A stretch of 39,039 nt of DNA, taken from contig NW_021835730.1 of NCBI RefSeq assembly GCF_006345805.1, forward strand, positions 1-39,039, in the 5' to 3' direction. Numbering within the stretch: position 1 is the first letter of the stretch; each line of letters begins with the position of its first letter. Position numbers and translations under genes: made by a program. This DNA comes from Octopus sinensis. Lineage: Eukaryota. The notes below the pieces were generated by a model that had not been told where the DNA came from, made no database searches, and worked only from the letters and a program-made list of their open reading frames with translations. Positions 20,601 to 35,168 of this stretch are shown here, piece by piece.

Positions 20601-22340
20601 TCTAAGTTTCAGCTCAAAGGTGTGGGCATGCTACACTGGTATTAATGGGGGGCCTCATCTAACATGTGGTGCTTTGTAAAAGGAAACCAAGATGGTCTCT
20701 GGGGACTTTGTCCTCAGCGCTACACTCAATTGCACCTCTTGTTGCGAGGTAGGTTCATGTGGGACTCTCGACAGGAAAAGGACCAGTTTTGATTTGAAAA
20801 AAACCTACATCCACTTTCTGTAGGTCCCTCAGGCTCTTTAGGAGAATATTAAAAAGCTGTGGACCCTTAAAACAAAGGCAATTTCAGTAACTGGTCCTGA
20901 AGCGCGATGGAATTGCTGAGATCTCTGACACTGCAATGTCGAACCGTTCTGGCATTTGTTTGCTTTCAATAACAAAATCTGTCACAATTCCTTCCATGAT
21001 CTTCCAAATGTATATTACTGCATACCTCTCCCGCCTTCGCTCCGGGGAGTAGAGTCTTAACTGTTTCAGCCTTTCCCAGCAGCTGAGTTGTTGCAATGAG
21101 AATCTTTGTGAAGCTTCGCTGGATTTCTTCAAAGTCTGCTGTTAATTTTACACTGTCGGGTGACCATAGATGGGAGCAATAATCCAGGTGGCTGAGGACA
21201 AATGTCCCCCAGAGGACCATCTTGGTTTCCTTTTCTCTGGTTCTGAGCGTTCTCAGGATCCATCCAGCCAGTCGTCTGCACTTTCCCACCATCCTGGTAA
21301 TGTGCTGCAGGTGTGCAACATTGCTGGGGGTTCTGTATTTTCTGCGAGACTTTCGTATCGTCTGTGTAGCTAGCAAGGGTGGCTATCCGGACAGCTGAGG
21401 GCATATTTGAGAGGGCTACTATGAAAAGCAGTGGTCCCAAGACAGTGCCCTGTGGAACACCACTCACTATTTGTGTTTTCTTTCAGGTGGCTCTATTGGC
21501 CACTACTGCCTGTCTTTTATCATTCAGAAAGTTATATAACCATTCTCCAAGTTTTCCAGCTATGCCAATGTCACGCGGTTTGTGGCATATCATACCATGA
21601 TGCACTTTATCAAAAGCTTTTGCAAAGTCAAGGTATATTACATCCACATTTCAGTTGTTGAGTAACTGCCTCAACACCCAGTCATAGTGCTGTAAGAAAT
21701 GGGTCAGGCAGCTCCTACCTGGTCGAAAGCCATGGTGGGTATCACTCAGCAAGTCGTTTTCTTCAAGGAATGCAATTAGTTTCTCTTTGACTCTCCGTTC
21801 CATGAATATGCTGTTGTGTAAAGTCAGAGAGATAGGCCTATAATTTTTGGCATCTTCTCTGCTTCCGCCTTTATGGATTGGGCATATTATTCCCTCCTTC
21901 AGTTTGCTTGGCAGCCTGCGATTTGCAAGACATCTCTGAAAGAGAAACTGTAGTGGTTTCGCTAGGGCACGCTTACACGATTTGAGGAGGAATGCTGGGA
22001 AACCAGCAGGACCAGCAGTTGAGTTTGCGTCCACCTCATTTATGGCTAGTACTATATCTTCTTCGCTAATGTCGATGTAATCTATCATAACTGCCTCGCT
22101 GGTTATAGGCGAGAGGGCAAAGAAATCCACTGGTTCGTTCACTTGTCTGTGTTCCAATGGTGTGTTAGAGACAGTTTTGAACTGGTCATTCAGTACCTCA
22201 CTGATCCTAGTTGGACTGTCTGCAAGGGGTGTCGTATTTTGCAGCGTGCTGAGCCTGTTTCCTTGGCATAATGAAAAAAGCATGTTACTATACCTTGGAA
22301 ATTCGAGTACTATTTTTTCCACGTGAGATTTTGCGGCTTT
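20601..22340 (-). mobile_element. CR1-group LINE, RT domain and 3' end, 5'-truncated with stops and frameshifts
   Basis: AGPAGFP; IHKGGSREDAKNYRPISLT; HGFRPGRSC; NVDVIYLDFAKAFDKV; SGVPQGTVLGPLLF; SYTDDTK; SHLDYCSHLWSP; GPQLFN. Confidence 0.93.
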
Positions 22341-22357
22341 AATAAAAAAGGAACGCA

Positions 22358-22501
22358 TGTATGTATGTATGTATGTATGTATGTATGTATGTATGTATGT
22401 ATGTATGTATGTATGTATGTAGTATGTATGTATGTATGTATGTATGTATGTATGTATATATATATATATATCTGTGTGTGTGAGTATGCTTATAATATAT
22501 A

Positions 22502-22566
<65 letters not shown>

Positions 22567-22568
22567 TA

Positions 22569-22629
<61 letters not shown>

Positions 22630-22630
22630 G
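22358..22630. repeat. (TATG)n followed by (TA)n
   Basis: Direct inspection. Confidence 0.95.
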
Positions 22631-22807
22631 CGTGTGGTGTGGTGGGGATCTGTCATTTGCACAACACTTAGAACCAAACAGCTTTTAGCAGGTAATCCAA
22701 GGAATCCGTTCCACTGCATTACTGTTAGCAAAAACATTTATTTCATAACAACACCCTCTTTGGAATGTTCGCATAAAGTACAAAAGCACATTCATTTTCT
22801 CTCAATC

Positions 22808-22843
<36 letters not shown>

Positions 22844-24104
22844 CACCCAAACCCACAAATCTCGTCCACCATTTTCTCTTTTAACCTTCCACCCTATCGA
22901 AACCCACTCAGCCTCTACTGGGATTTTCTGCACATTCCTCCTCGTTCTGTGTCTTTTCTAATCAGAGAAACACATGGCGGTAGGGTTGAAGGTGTGTTAA
23001 TGGTGTCCACTTAGTAATGTAACGCTTGTTCCTCGTCTTTGTTTTTTCTTTTTTCCTCGTGAGTTGTGGAAATGTTATTTCTGCTGTGGGAGAGGCTACT
23101 AGAGACAGCAACTGGGGGTGTTGTTTTTTTTATCTTTGTGCTTCAATTGATGTTGTTCTTTGTTGTTGTTGTCTGCAATGTTTAATTCATGGTCAGATTT
23201 AATCGAATAATCATATGATAAAAGACATCCCAATTCTGGCCATCCATCTCGTTTTTCTCAAATGTGTAGCAAACGCAACACAACATTATACAATCTATAC
23301 ATTTGTAAGACATATGGCGTAATTTGAGGGAGATGTGACTGTTATTTCAATCGTACTAGGCTTCTACTTAGCCCGATATACTTCTGGTGGTGGATGTGTT
23401 TACGCAGGAGAGTAAGGCTTGATGGTGGCAGAGAGAGTCTGGTGGTGGTGGTGATGTGAAGCGGGATGTGTTTATGTAGAGGAGCAGGGCTTTGATGAGA
23501 GCAGAGATAGTGGTGGTCGTGGTAGTGAAATTCGATGTATTGGAAGAGGAATACATAGAGAAGCTGTGGTTGTAGTGGTGGTTGTATTGATGATGGTTAT
23601 GGGGGTCGCGATTTTACTGCCAACGATGATAATTCTGTCAGTGGTGTAGGAGACAGAGGTCGTGTCTTGCTGATTTTTTTCATAGTATACTCATATTTAC
23701 TCAGATATTTTTCAGCCTGCTAATGACCTTCGCTTTTCCCTCTTGCATCCTATTTCTATTGCCTCCCATTCTTCCTTTATTCTCACCACCCATGTCTCTT
23801 CTGCTGCATTGTTGTGTGTCACATGTATAAAAAAAAGTCTGACTGTCCCTTATGCAACCTTGCCCTAACGTTGCCTTTTAAAAAAAATCAATAATTAAGC
23901 TCACACTGGCATACACTGGCACACACACGGGAGACACTTGCGTACATACACATTCAAATGTGTTTTTGTAATATGCTTATGTCAGTCGGTCTGTATGAAT
24001 AGATGGATGTAAGTATGAATGCACGTATTTATGTATACATACGTAGGTTCGTTAATCTCTCCTCCTCTCCTTCCACCTCGCTTTCTCTCTTTCTGACTAT
24101 GCAT

Positions 24105-24890
<786 letters not shown>

Positions 24891-25844
24891 TAGAATTAAA
24901 ATTGTGCCAAAATTGTTAAGGAAATTGAAGACGGTGTTAACAGGCTCTGGATAGTGAAATCAAGTGCAAAATAGAAAAGAAAAAAATTAAGTCCGCCCTT
25001 GTTTGATAGTTGCGAAACATTTGAATCTTTCGCAAATGGTTGAATATTTTCATTGCGGTAAGAGAATGTTTAGCTTATTTTGAGGGCCGAGTCAGGCCTG
25101 ATCGAGCATACAAATGCCTCTTTACGTAGAAAATAAGGTGTGATTGGAGCGAAATTTCTCTGTATTGCGAGTAGGTTTAACAATCATGTCCAGTCTCTTT
25201 CGTCAATTCATTGAAATAGATGTTTGGATGGTAACTATTTATCTTTCAAGAGAATGGTTAAGTGATAAGAGGGCACTAAAATATGGTTGCTACAGACAAT
25301 ACCAATATTTCATGTTAGACTGTGACTTAATGGATCAGTAATTATTTGAGAAGATTGTGAGAAATTTTAGTTAGTAAGTTTGCTGCATGGTTAAGGATTG
25401 ATACCGAAACAGAGCTGGATTAGGGCTAACTGGGGCCTTAAACACAACCCTGAAAAAACATTAAGATACAAAGTTTTGAATGTAAGTAATAGATGACTTC
25501 AATACAGTTTTATTCGAGAGCGGTCCAAAACCCATTTTTGTTTCTTAACTCTGCTTCTTATCTATTTAGCACGTGACAGCAGTAAGCAATGTAAGCTTAC
25601 TTATAACTGGAACAACAGAAAAAATACAAATTTTCATTATATTTTACCTGTTAAAGCAACTTAATTTATGAATGGCACCTATAACTTCAGCACTTGATGA
25701 TCTAAGCACGTGATTGTATGGTTTAATGCTAAATACGGGCCTATACAAAGTGGAATTTTAGGAGTGAGGGCGATTAGTTAAAAAAGAAGAAATTTATACC
25801 ATAAAACGAAGATTAGTTGAAAATTTCGGATAAAATACATCAAA

Positions 25845-25845
25845 A

Positions 25846-25880
<35 letters not shown>

Positions 25881-25960
25881 AAGAGTGAGAGAGAGAAAGA
25901 GAGAGAGAGAGAGAAGTGGCTGAAAGAAGCAGAGAGAGCGAGAGAGAAAAAGTGAAAGAG
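25845..25960. repeat. (GA)n tract
   Basis: Direct inspection. Confidence 0.9.
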
Positions 25961-26799
25961 CATTGGGGGACCTGTTTACTGTTCATCATTTAAGCAGTAC
26001 ATCTCTCTCCTCTGTACGGTCTCTACTTGTCCCAGAAGAAGAGATCTGTCCATAAACAATTTTATTTAAACACCGAGTAAAAGATATTAGAAAAATGTCG
26101 ACACTTCGAAAAACATCCATTCCGTTTCAAAACAGCACCTGCATCCGAATAAATCCTCATGCATGCACAATTATCTGATATTGCTTTAGTTCCTTCTTTA
26201 TGTATATTCGCTCTTTCTTCTCCTTTACTTGTTCATTACTTTATTTTTTTCCGTGAACACCTATCTCGATTGGCTTCTTTCCTCTTGCAATGATGAGGCA
26301 ATATTATCCCTTCTTACCATATAATAGTTTTGTTCTTCAATTTCAAGCAGAATGCATATTTGCAAAAAGAATTCCGAAATTGAAAGCAGAGAGTTTTAAA
26401 GGACAGTAATTCACCGATACGACAAGTAAGTTATGAGCTCTAAAGAAGGCATAATTTTTGATTAGCTTTAAAAATGTTGCGCTATTTAGGGTCCGAATGA
26501 ACAGTATCAGTGTTATATACATTTCGCATACGCTATGTTCAGAATATCAATTTATAAATACATAAAAGCAGTATTCTGCAGCGCAAGAATATGATAAAAA
26601 TTCTCAAGAATAAAGAGCTTAGGCAATATACTGTCATTTTCTTTAAAAAGAAAAAAGAAAATTAATAATAAAAAACATACCTTTTCTAACTGCGTATAAA
26701 TAAATAAATGAAATATTCGTCTATCAGTTCTAATTTTTCTATCATTATTAATATATTTCAATGTACACTGCCCAGAACTCTTATTCCGATCTACCTAGC

Positions 26800-27750
<951 letters not shown>

Positions 27751-28077
27751 ATGGATAAATACTATATAGGTACACATGCATGTGCATACATAAATTCCTA
27801 CACATGTACGTATAACAAGCAGGCCAAAGCATGACTCATGGTTAATTCTGTCATGATTACACTTACCACACTGTTCTGTTTCTATAGCACTGATTTTGTT
27901 CTTGTTTTTATTTTTGTTGTTGTTGTATTTTTCTTCTCATGGTGATGGTAGTGGTGGTAGCAAGGAAAATGGCGGTTATTGCTGCCATTTTTGTTGTAGT
28001 TGTGTGTTTGGAATCTAGTTGTTTGCAAATTAGAAATTAGTTTTAGTTAGAGTGTTAATAGTATTGCAGAGGTGGAT

Positions 28078-28335
28078 GTTGTTTAACCCCAGGTTAGACC
28101 TACTGAGATGGTGTTGAGATCATTCGGCTTCCGACCATGAATATCCGTCTATTTGTCGTATGAGGGCTATTATTTACCGGCGTGCTCTTGCTCATCCTAA
28201 GAGTATATTTCAGACTGAGGATATTTGGTTCCTATTTCTTCTCAAGATATACGACACATAGTCAGTCTCTCGTTGTTGTAGGGCTGCCTTTTTTGTTTTA
28301 CATGTTTCAGCCAATGGACAGCGACCATGCTGGGA
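28078..28335 (-). mobile_element. Family E 3' end (~28078-28200) and a family C-type tail fragment (~28285-28335)
   Basis: GTTTAACCCCAGGTTAGACC...; CATGTTTCAGCCAATGGACAGCGACCATGCTGGGACAC. Confidence 0.55.
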
Positions 28336-28654
28336 CACTACCTTGAGCTTTAGATCTTGCGATATAATGAACGGGTGATATCGATGCTAGTAGTAGTAAT
28401 GGCGATGATGGTTACAATTAATGGCGGTGATGATTACAATTAAAGCCGTTGATGATTACAAGTAATGGCGGTGATTATTACAATTAACATTGGTTGCAAT
28501 AGCTACTGTTTTTGCTATGTGGTGGGGTCGTGATCGTTATTACTGTTGCTAAAGTTGTGGAGTTAATGCTATACATTTGTCGATGGGGGAGATCCTAAAT
28601 GCTATTTCCGTTACCATTTTGGTACGTGTGATGAGATTTTGGAGAAGTTTTTTT

Positions 28655-28877
28655 TAGTATTCCTACAGTGCACAAGGCCTGACTTTTTGTGGAGAGGGGG
28701 CCAGTCGATTATATGGGCCCCACAACTTCACTGGTACTTATTTTATCTATCCCGAAAAGATGAAAAGCAAAGTCAACTTCAGCGGTACTTGAACTCAAAA
28801 CGGAAAGACGAGACGGACAAAACGCCGCTAAGCATTTTGTCCGGGATGATAACGATTCTGCCTGTTCGCCGTCTTAG
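28655..28877 (-). mobile_element. SINE family A (tail A2)
   Basis: CTGGTACTTATTTTATC...GATGAAAAGCAAAGTCAAC...TTGAACTC...GCCGCTAAGCATTTTG...AACGATTCTGCC...CGCCGTCTTA. Confidence 0.8.
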
Positions 28878-29179
28878 GAAGAACCTTTTAATGCTAGCTG
28901 TTAATGGTGGTCACTGATGTTATAGTTCAGTTACACATGTTGTATCGTTCATCGTTATTGAAGCTATGGTCCATGTGGTGTTGGTGACTCTGATTGCTGT
29001 GTGTTTGTGATCCTGGTTTCTGATTTAGTTTTAGATTCAGTGTCGACCGCTTAGTTTTACTTTTTTGTGACAGTAGTGAAAGATGCAGGATTGCCGACTG
29101 CCCTTGTTGTTGTTATTGATATTCTTTGCTTTGTTTTAAGGACAGTGTCGTTTCTGTTGTTATTATTAAAGCGATTACT

Positions 29180-29393
29180 AAGGCGGCGAGCTGGCAGAAT
29201 CGTTAGCACGCTGGACGAAACGTTTAGTGGTATTTCGCCCGTCGCTATGTTCTGAGTTCAAATTCCGCCGAGGTTGCCTTTGCCTTTCATCCTTTCGTGG
29301 TCGATAAATTAAGTACCAGTGAAACACTGGGGTCGAGGTAATGCACTAGTCCCCTCCTCGAAAATTTCAGACCGTGTGTCTTCAGTAGAATGA
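29180..29393 (+). mobile_element. SINE family A (tail A2), full length
   Basis: AAGGCGGCGAGCTGGCAGAATCGTTAGC...GAGTTCAAATTCCGCCGAGG; ATTACTAA on both flanks. Confidence 0.9.
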
Positions 29394-30219
29394 ATTACTA
29401 AAGCGTCTACTAATGCGGCGAGATGGCAAAACCCCAAGCACACCGGACAAAAACTTACGATTGTAAAGACGTTGTTTCGATTTCAAGACAGAGTACAGCA
29501 TTTAAAAAAATTTTTACAAAATATTTCATTTCACTTTGATCCAATCACCTCATATAAAAATCAGTAGCAAATACAACTGGAGATTAGATATGTGATAGAT
29601 TGAACTCCCGTTTACCAAGAATTATTGTATCCAAGGTCCATTATGCACCATAGATACCTTGTGGACCCAGGCTTGATGAGCCTGAATGGTTATGACAGAT
29701 GCTCTTCTTAGTCAAAATATGAAGGGCAGTGTGTAGTATTATTTTCAGGGACAAGTGTCTATCTTTAGAATAGAGACTTAAAGATCGCTTCTGGCTTCAA
29801 GATAATTCCCCCAAATGTAACACTTTTCCTTGTGCTTTGGGCGTTCTTTAGTTTAAGAGGAACACTTGCATTAAAATGCATATAAGGACGTTGTAATCAA
29901 TGTCCTTATATCTGTTATAACACACACACACACACACAAACACACACTCGTATGAATATAATTCCTTTTAGAATGGTAGGTCTCGGAACACATAAAGCTA
30001 TAAATATAACGTATAAATATTGGGTTCAAAAATTTATTGGATAGAAAAACTGATAGCTGCCCGAGGGACACGAACCTACACAAACTGTAAGTTCGAAAGA
30101 TATTTTACCATTTGAATAAAGGTGTATTAATAGCTTTATGTGCTTCAAGATACATTGTTCCAAAGAAAAAAAAAGGATTATTTTACGTTTTCTGCTATAG
30201 TCATATGTCGACAAAAAAG

Positions 30220-30545
30220 TCTTCAGAGTGGATGTGGTAGCCGGAACCTGAAAGATGAGTGTGTGTGTGTGTGTGTGTATGTGTGTGTTTGCGTGTGCAT
30301 GTGTGTGCGTGTGTGCATGTTTGTATGTGTGTATTTGTTCCACCACTGGTTGACAACTTGTGATGATGTGTTTACGTCCCCATAACTTAGCGGTTCGGCA
30401 AACAAGACCGATATACATAAGTACCAAGCTTACAAACAAGAGTAAGTATCGGTGGAGGGGGAAGGTGTCAATTCATTCAACTAAAAATTCTTCAAGGCGG
30501 TGTTCCAGCATGGCCGCAGTCTAATGCCTGAAACAAGCAAAAGAT
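30220..30545 (+). mobile_element. SINE family C, 5'-truncated
   Basis: TTGACAAC...TTTACGTCCCCATAACTTAGCGGTTCGGC...AAGGCGGTGTTCCAGCATGGCCGCAGTC. Confidence 0.85.
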
Positions 30546-30853
30546 TATAGATAAGACACGTGTGTACTTCTTTGTCCATCGTCTGTCTCTCTCTCTGTTG
30601 TTGTTTGTTTGTTAGTTTTTCTCTCTCTCTCCATCTCCCTCTCACTCACACACACGCACACACACGCGCACACACTCACGAACACACACACGCACACACA
30701 CATGCACACTCAAACACACATACACACATTACAAGTATACACAAAAAGCACAGACACCAGACACTTAATGTTAGATATAGGCAACAGAGGAAACATGCGC
30801 AATATAGCTATATATAGCTATATACATATATAAAATAAATAATATATAAATAT

Positions 30854-30886
<33 letters not shown>

Positions 30887-30894
30887 TATATATA

Positions 30895-31141
30895 TCCTTC
30901 GAAACGTTTAGTAGATGAAATCTTAGCGACTGAAGAAGGGGTTTTTTCGTTGTGTTTATTGTCCTGTATCTCTCTCTTTTTTTGCTTGTCTTGTTCCTTG
31001 GTTTGTGTCTATGTGTTTCGTCTCTCTATGTGTTCGACGTCTTTTTGGTGTCCTGTACACATATATGCGTGTATATGTACATGTAGAGGTAGGTACGTAC
31101 ATATATGTTTATATATATATGCATATGTTCTATTTTATTAA

Positions 31142-31143
<2 letters not shown>
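30895..31143 (+). mobile_element. Family F short interspersed element embedded in (TA)n
   Basis: Homologous to 36631-36888 (+) and 37381-37556 (-). Shared: GCGACTGAAGAAGGGG, TGTGTTCGACGT, GTCCTGTAC, CATGTAGAGGTAGGTA. Confidence 0.8.
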
Positions 31144-31182
<39 letters not shown>

Positions 31183-31721
31183 CATACACAATATCAAAGC
31201 AAAAAGAAAACCACACAGAACCATAACATACATAAACTCACAAACATAAGACACAAACAGGTTTAGATGAAAGTATAACCTGAGTCACACGTACCTACAC
31301 ACACACGCATACACACACGCATACACACACGCACACAGAGGCACAGAGCAAACACACCCGTTTCTTTCTTTCTTTCTCTCTCTCTCCCTCTCTCTCTGTA
31401 TCCTCTCTTACACTCCCCCCCCTTGGTAGTTCAGCTAACGGCATTGACCACATCTTCTATTATATATAAATCTCTCTCCACCATAAACCACCAACACCAC
31501 TACCACCATCACCTAAAGATCAATAACCCTTCTCCTCTCCCCCACTCTCCATCTCTGTTTACCCCCTTTAATACTTATCTCTCTCTCTGTCTCTTCCTTC
31601 TTTTCTCTTCTCATCCTTAACCACCTTGCCCAGCCCTTCTTTATCATATACCCTTTTGTTTCTTTGTGTGTTGTATTATTTTTAGTGTATTTGTTGTTAG
31701 TTTATTTTTGGTTGTTTTGAT

Positions 31722-31880
31722 TAATTATTATCATTATTATTATTATTATTATCATTATTATTATTATATTATTATTATTATTATTATTATTTTATTATTA
31801 TTATTATATTATTATATTATCTTATTATTATTATCATTATTATTATTATATTATTATTATTATTTTTATTATTATTATTA

Positions 31881-31920
<40 letters not shown>

Positions 31921-32232
31921 GTCATTATTATTATTATCATTATTATTATTATCATTATTATTATTATTTTATTATTATTATTATATTATTATTATTATTA
32001 TTATTTTTATTATCATTATTATTATTATCATTATTATTATTATTATCATTATATTATTATTTTATTATTATTATTAATATCATTATTATTATTATCATTA
32101 TTATTATTATCATTATTATTATTAATTACTATTATTATTATTATTATTATTAATATTATTATTATTATTATTATATTATTACTATTATTATTATTATTAT
32201 TATTATTATCATTATTATTATTATTATTATAC

Positions 32233-32275
<43 letters not shown>

Positions 32276-32277
32276 TT
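31722..32277. repeat. Long imperfect (ATT)n microsatellite
   Basis: Direct inspection. Confidence 0.97.
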
Positions 32278-32381
32278 GGTTGTTGTTGCTGTTGTTATTT
32301 GTTTGTTTGTGCCTCCGCCTTTCTCTCATAATTTTGCCCTTTATGTGTCATGACGACGGACGAAAAGGCGAAGGTGAATGT

Positions 32382-32757
32382 TTGATGATGATTGCGACGA
32401 CGACGACGACGATGATGGCAATGATGATAACAACGATGACGACGACAAAAATAATAATGATGATGATGACGATGATTATGATGACAATGACGATGATGAT
32501 GATCATGATGATGACGACGATGACGATGATGATCATGATGATAATGGTGATGATGACGAAGGCGATGACGATGATGATGATGATCATGATGATCATGATA
32601 ATGATGATGATGATGATCATGATAATGATGATGACTATGATGACGATGTTGATAACGATGATGATGATGACGACGACGACGAAGGCGATGACGATGATGA
32701 TGATAATGATGATGATGATGATAGTGATGATGATGATGGTGATGATGATGATGATGA
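32382..32757. repeat. Long imperfect (GAT)/(GAC)n microsatellite
   Basis: Direct inspection. Confidence 0.97.
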
Positions 32758-33009
32758 AAATATTGGCTTTTTGCTGTCGTTGTTGTCATTGTTGTTTTTC
32801 TGTAGCCCCAGGTTATCCTTGATCAAGCAGGCTTACGATCAAAAGCGTTCCTTATTTGACCACATCATAGTTATATTGTACAATATATCCGTTTTCTTTT
32901 TATTTATTTATTGTTTTTTTGGTTAAGACGGTAGGGTGTGATTCAATGGAAATGTTGGCTGTTATTTCTTGCAGACAGTTTGGCCATATATAGGTTTCTT
33001 AGTTGGTTT

Positions 33010-33600
33010 ATGGTAGTGATCATGTTGGTTGTTGTGATAACTGCAGTGGTAGTGATGATGGTAATGAAGATGGCGACGTAGACGGCCGCTGTGGTAGTGC
33101 AGGTGAGATTTTGCGATGACTGTGACGGTGGTTGCGGTGACGATGGGGGTGCGTTGGGAGTGATAATGATGATGATGATGGTGGTGGTGGTGATGATGAT
33201 GAGGATGGGGATGATGATGAGGAGGAGGAGGAGAAAGATGATGACGATCATGATGCTCACGATGATGACGGTGATGGTGATAATGAAAATATAATGAGGA
33301 TGGTAATGAAGATGGTGATGACGGTAGATCTGATGACGATAATGATGATGATGATGGTGGATATAATGATGATGATGATGATGATGATGATGATAACGAT
33401 TACACCGACACCGCCGACGGTAATGACGACAATGATAGAACCGGTATGATTGATGACTGATGATTGATGATGATAATGAGGAGCAGGAGGTAGAGGAGAA
33501 AGAGTAGGAGGATGACGACGATGCCGACCACGCCACCTACATCGGCAAACACGACAACGCCAGCGACGATGGCGATGACGATGACGATGATGACCTAAGA
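33010..33600. repeat. Degenerate (GAT)/(GGT)/(GAC) low-complexity tract
   Basis: Direct inspection. Confidence 0.85.
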
Positions 33601-34335
33601 CGATGGAGAATGAAGTGACGGGCGGAAGACGTGTGTGTGTGTGTGTGGCTGGCGGTTGTTTTGTTGGTAAGTGTAAGAGAAAGAATAAGATAGATAAATA
33701 GGTAGATAGATAGATAGATAACTCGATAGAGAGAGAGAGAGAGAGGGGGAGAGAGAGAGAGTTGCAGGAGTAGGGGCAGTGGCGAGTCTGGACGGCATTG
33801 GCTGCGATGCTTATAAAGTTCCCAATGGTGATGGAATTTTTCTTCCTTCTATCAACTGCTTCAAGCATACCTCTCACCGTACCGTCCACCCACTCCCGCC
33901 ATTCCCCATTCACCTCTAAAACTATTTCTCAGCAGCACCATTCCATATTCTTCCTCTCTCCCTCCTCTTCTCTATTCCCGTTGATCCTTACCATACAGAC
34001 ACTAATCGATAACCGAGATTTTTTTTTCGTCTTCATTTGCTGTTTTTGCCATCTTTTTTGTTGTTCTTCTTATTTTTGTACTTATAGTTGTTGTTGTTGT
34101 TGCTGCTGCTGCTGTTGTTATTGTCGATGGCCTCAGACTCTTTATTCTTTCTCTTACCTACTAACACTTCTACTTCAGACAGACAGGCAGAGAGTCAGAC
34201 GGACAGATTATCAAACCTTCACGTACGAATCCATTATTTCGCTACCTTCTGCGAACTTTTCAACCTCACAAGCCATTTCTTTTGTGAGACCCTGTCATTG
34301 GCTTCCCTGAATTTTACCATATCATATATTGTGTA

Positions 34336-34480
<145 letters not shown>

Positions 34481-34955
34481 TATGCCTGTCTCTCTATTAA
34501 TCTTCCATATATATATATATTTACTTACCTACCTACCTACATACCAATCTTTTTAAACCTGGAAAACGAGGCCACAGAAGAAACGCAATCTAATAATTTC
34601 TGCACGTGCAGAAATAAAAGAAAGTGAGAGCGATTCACATACGCGCACACATATGCACACACACACACAACACACACACACACATACACACACACACTCT
34701 CACACAACATACATTCATACATACATATATAGATTTATATCCAGTGGTCTGTTTGGTTATGACCAGAGCAAAATGACTCTATGAAAGTAGAACTAACTGT
34801 TTTGGTGGTTCACTTTTACTCAACTGATTAATGGGACGATCCATTAAACAAACCAATCAATAACGAATTTAAAATTCCACCTGAAACAGCTGTAAGTCAA
34901 ATTTACTAAAATGAAGAAATATGTAATGGCTACTGTTTATGCATTATCTTATGGG

Positions 34956-35022
<67 letters not shown>

Positions 35023-35048
35023 GCACGTGTGTTCTTTTATTCTATTAT

Positions 35049-35168
35049 TTTGCTTGTTTCAGTCATTTGACTGCGGCCATCATGGAGCACCGCCGTCAAG
35101 GGTTTTTGCCGGGAAAATCGACCCCATGACTTATACTGTGTAAGACAAGTACTTATTCTATCGGTTTC
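35049..35168 (-). mobile_element. SINE family C 3' fragment
   Basis: TTGTTTCAGTCATTTGACTGCGGCC...GGAGCACCGCC...AGTACTTATTCTATCGGT. Confidence 0.85.

Noticed and set aside
26348-26425. Plus-strand AG...GTAAGT exon-like segment
   Set aside because: Stop codons in all three frames; a non-coding exon cannot be supported from sequence alone.
29600-29870. Minus-strand peptide SVTFGGIIL...SYFD, faintly like a Gypsy RT/RNase H junction
   Set aside because: Multiple stops and no catalytic motifs; too weak without a profile search.
33798-33916. VNGEWREW resembling a thrombospondin type 1 repeat start
   Set aside because: It lacks the following W..CS..C pattern and lies in purine-rich low-complexity sequence with an upstream in-frame stop.
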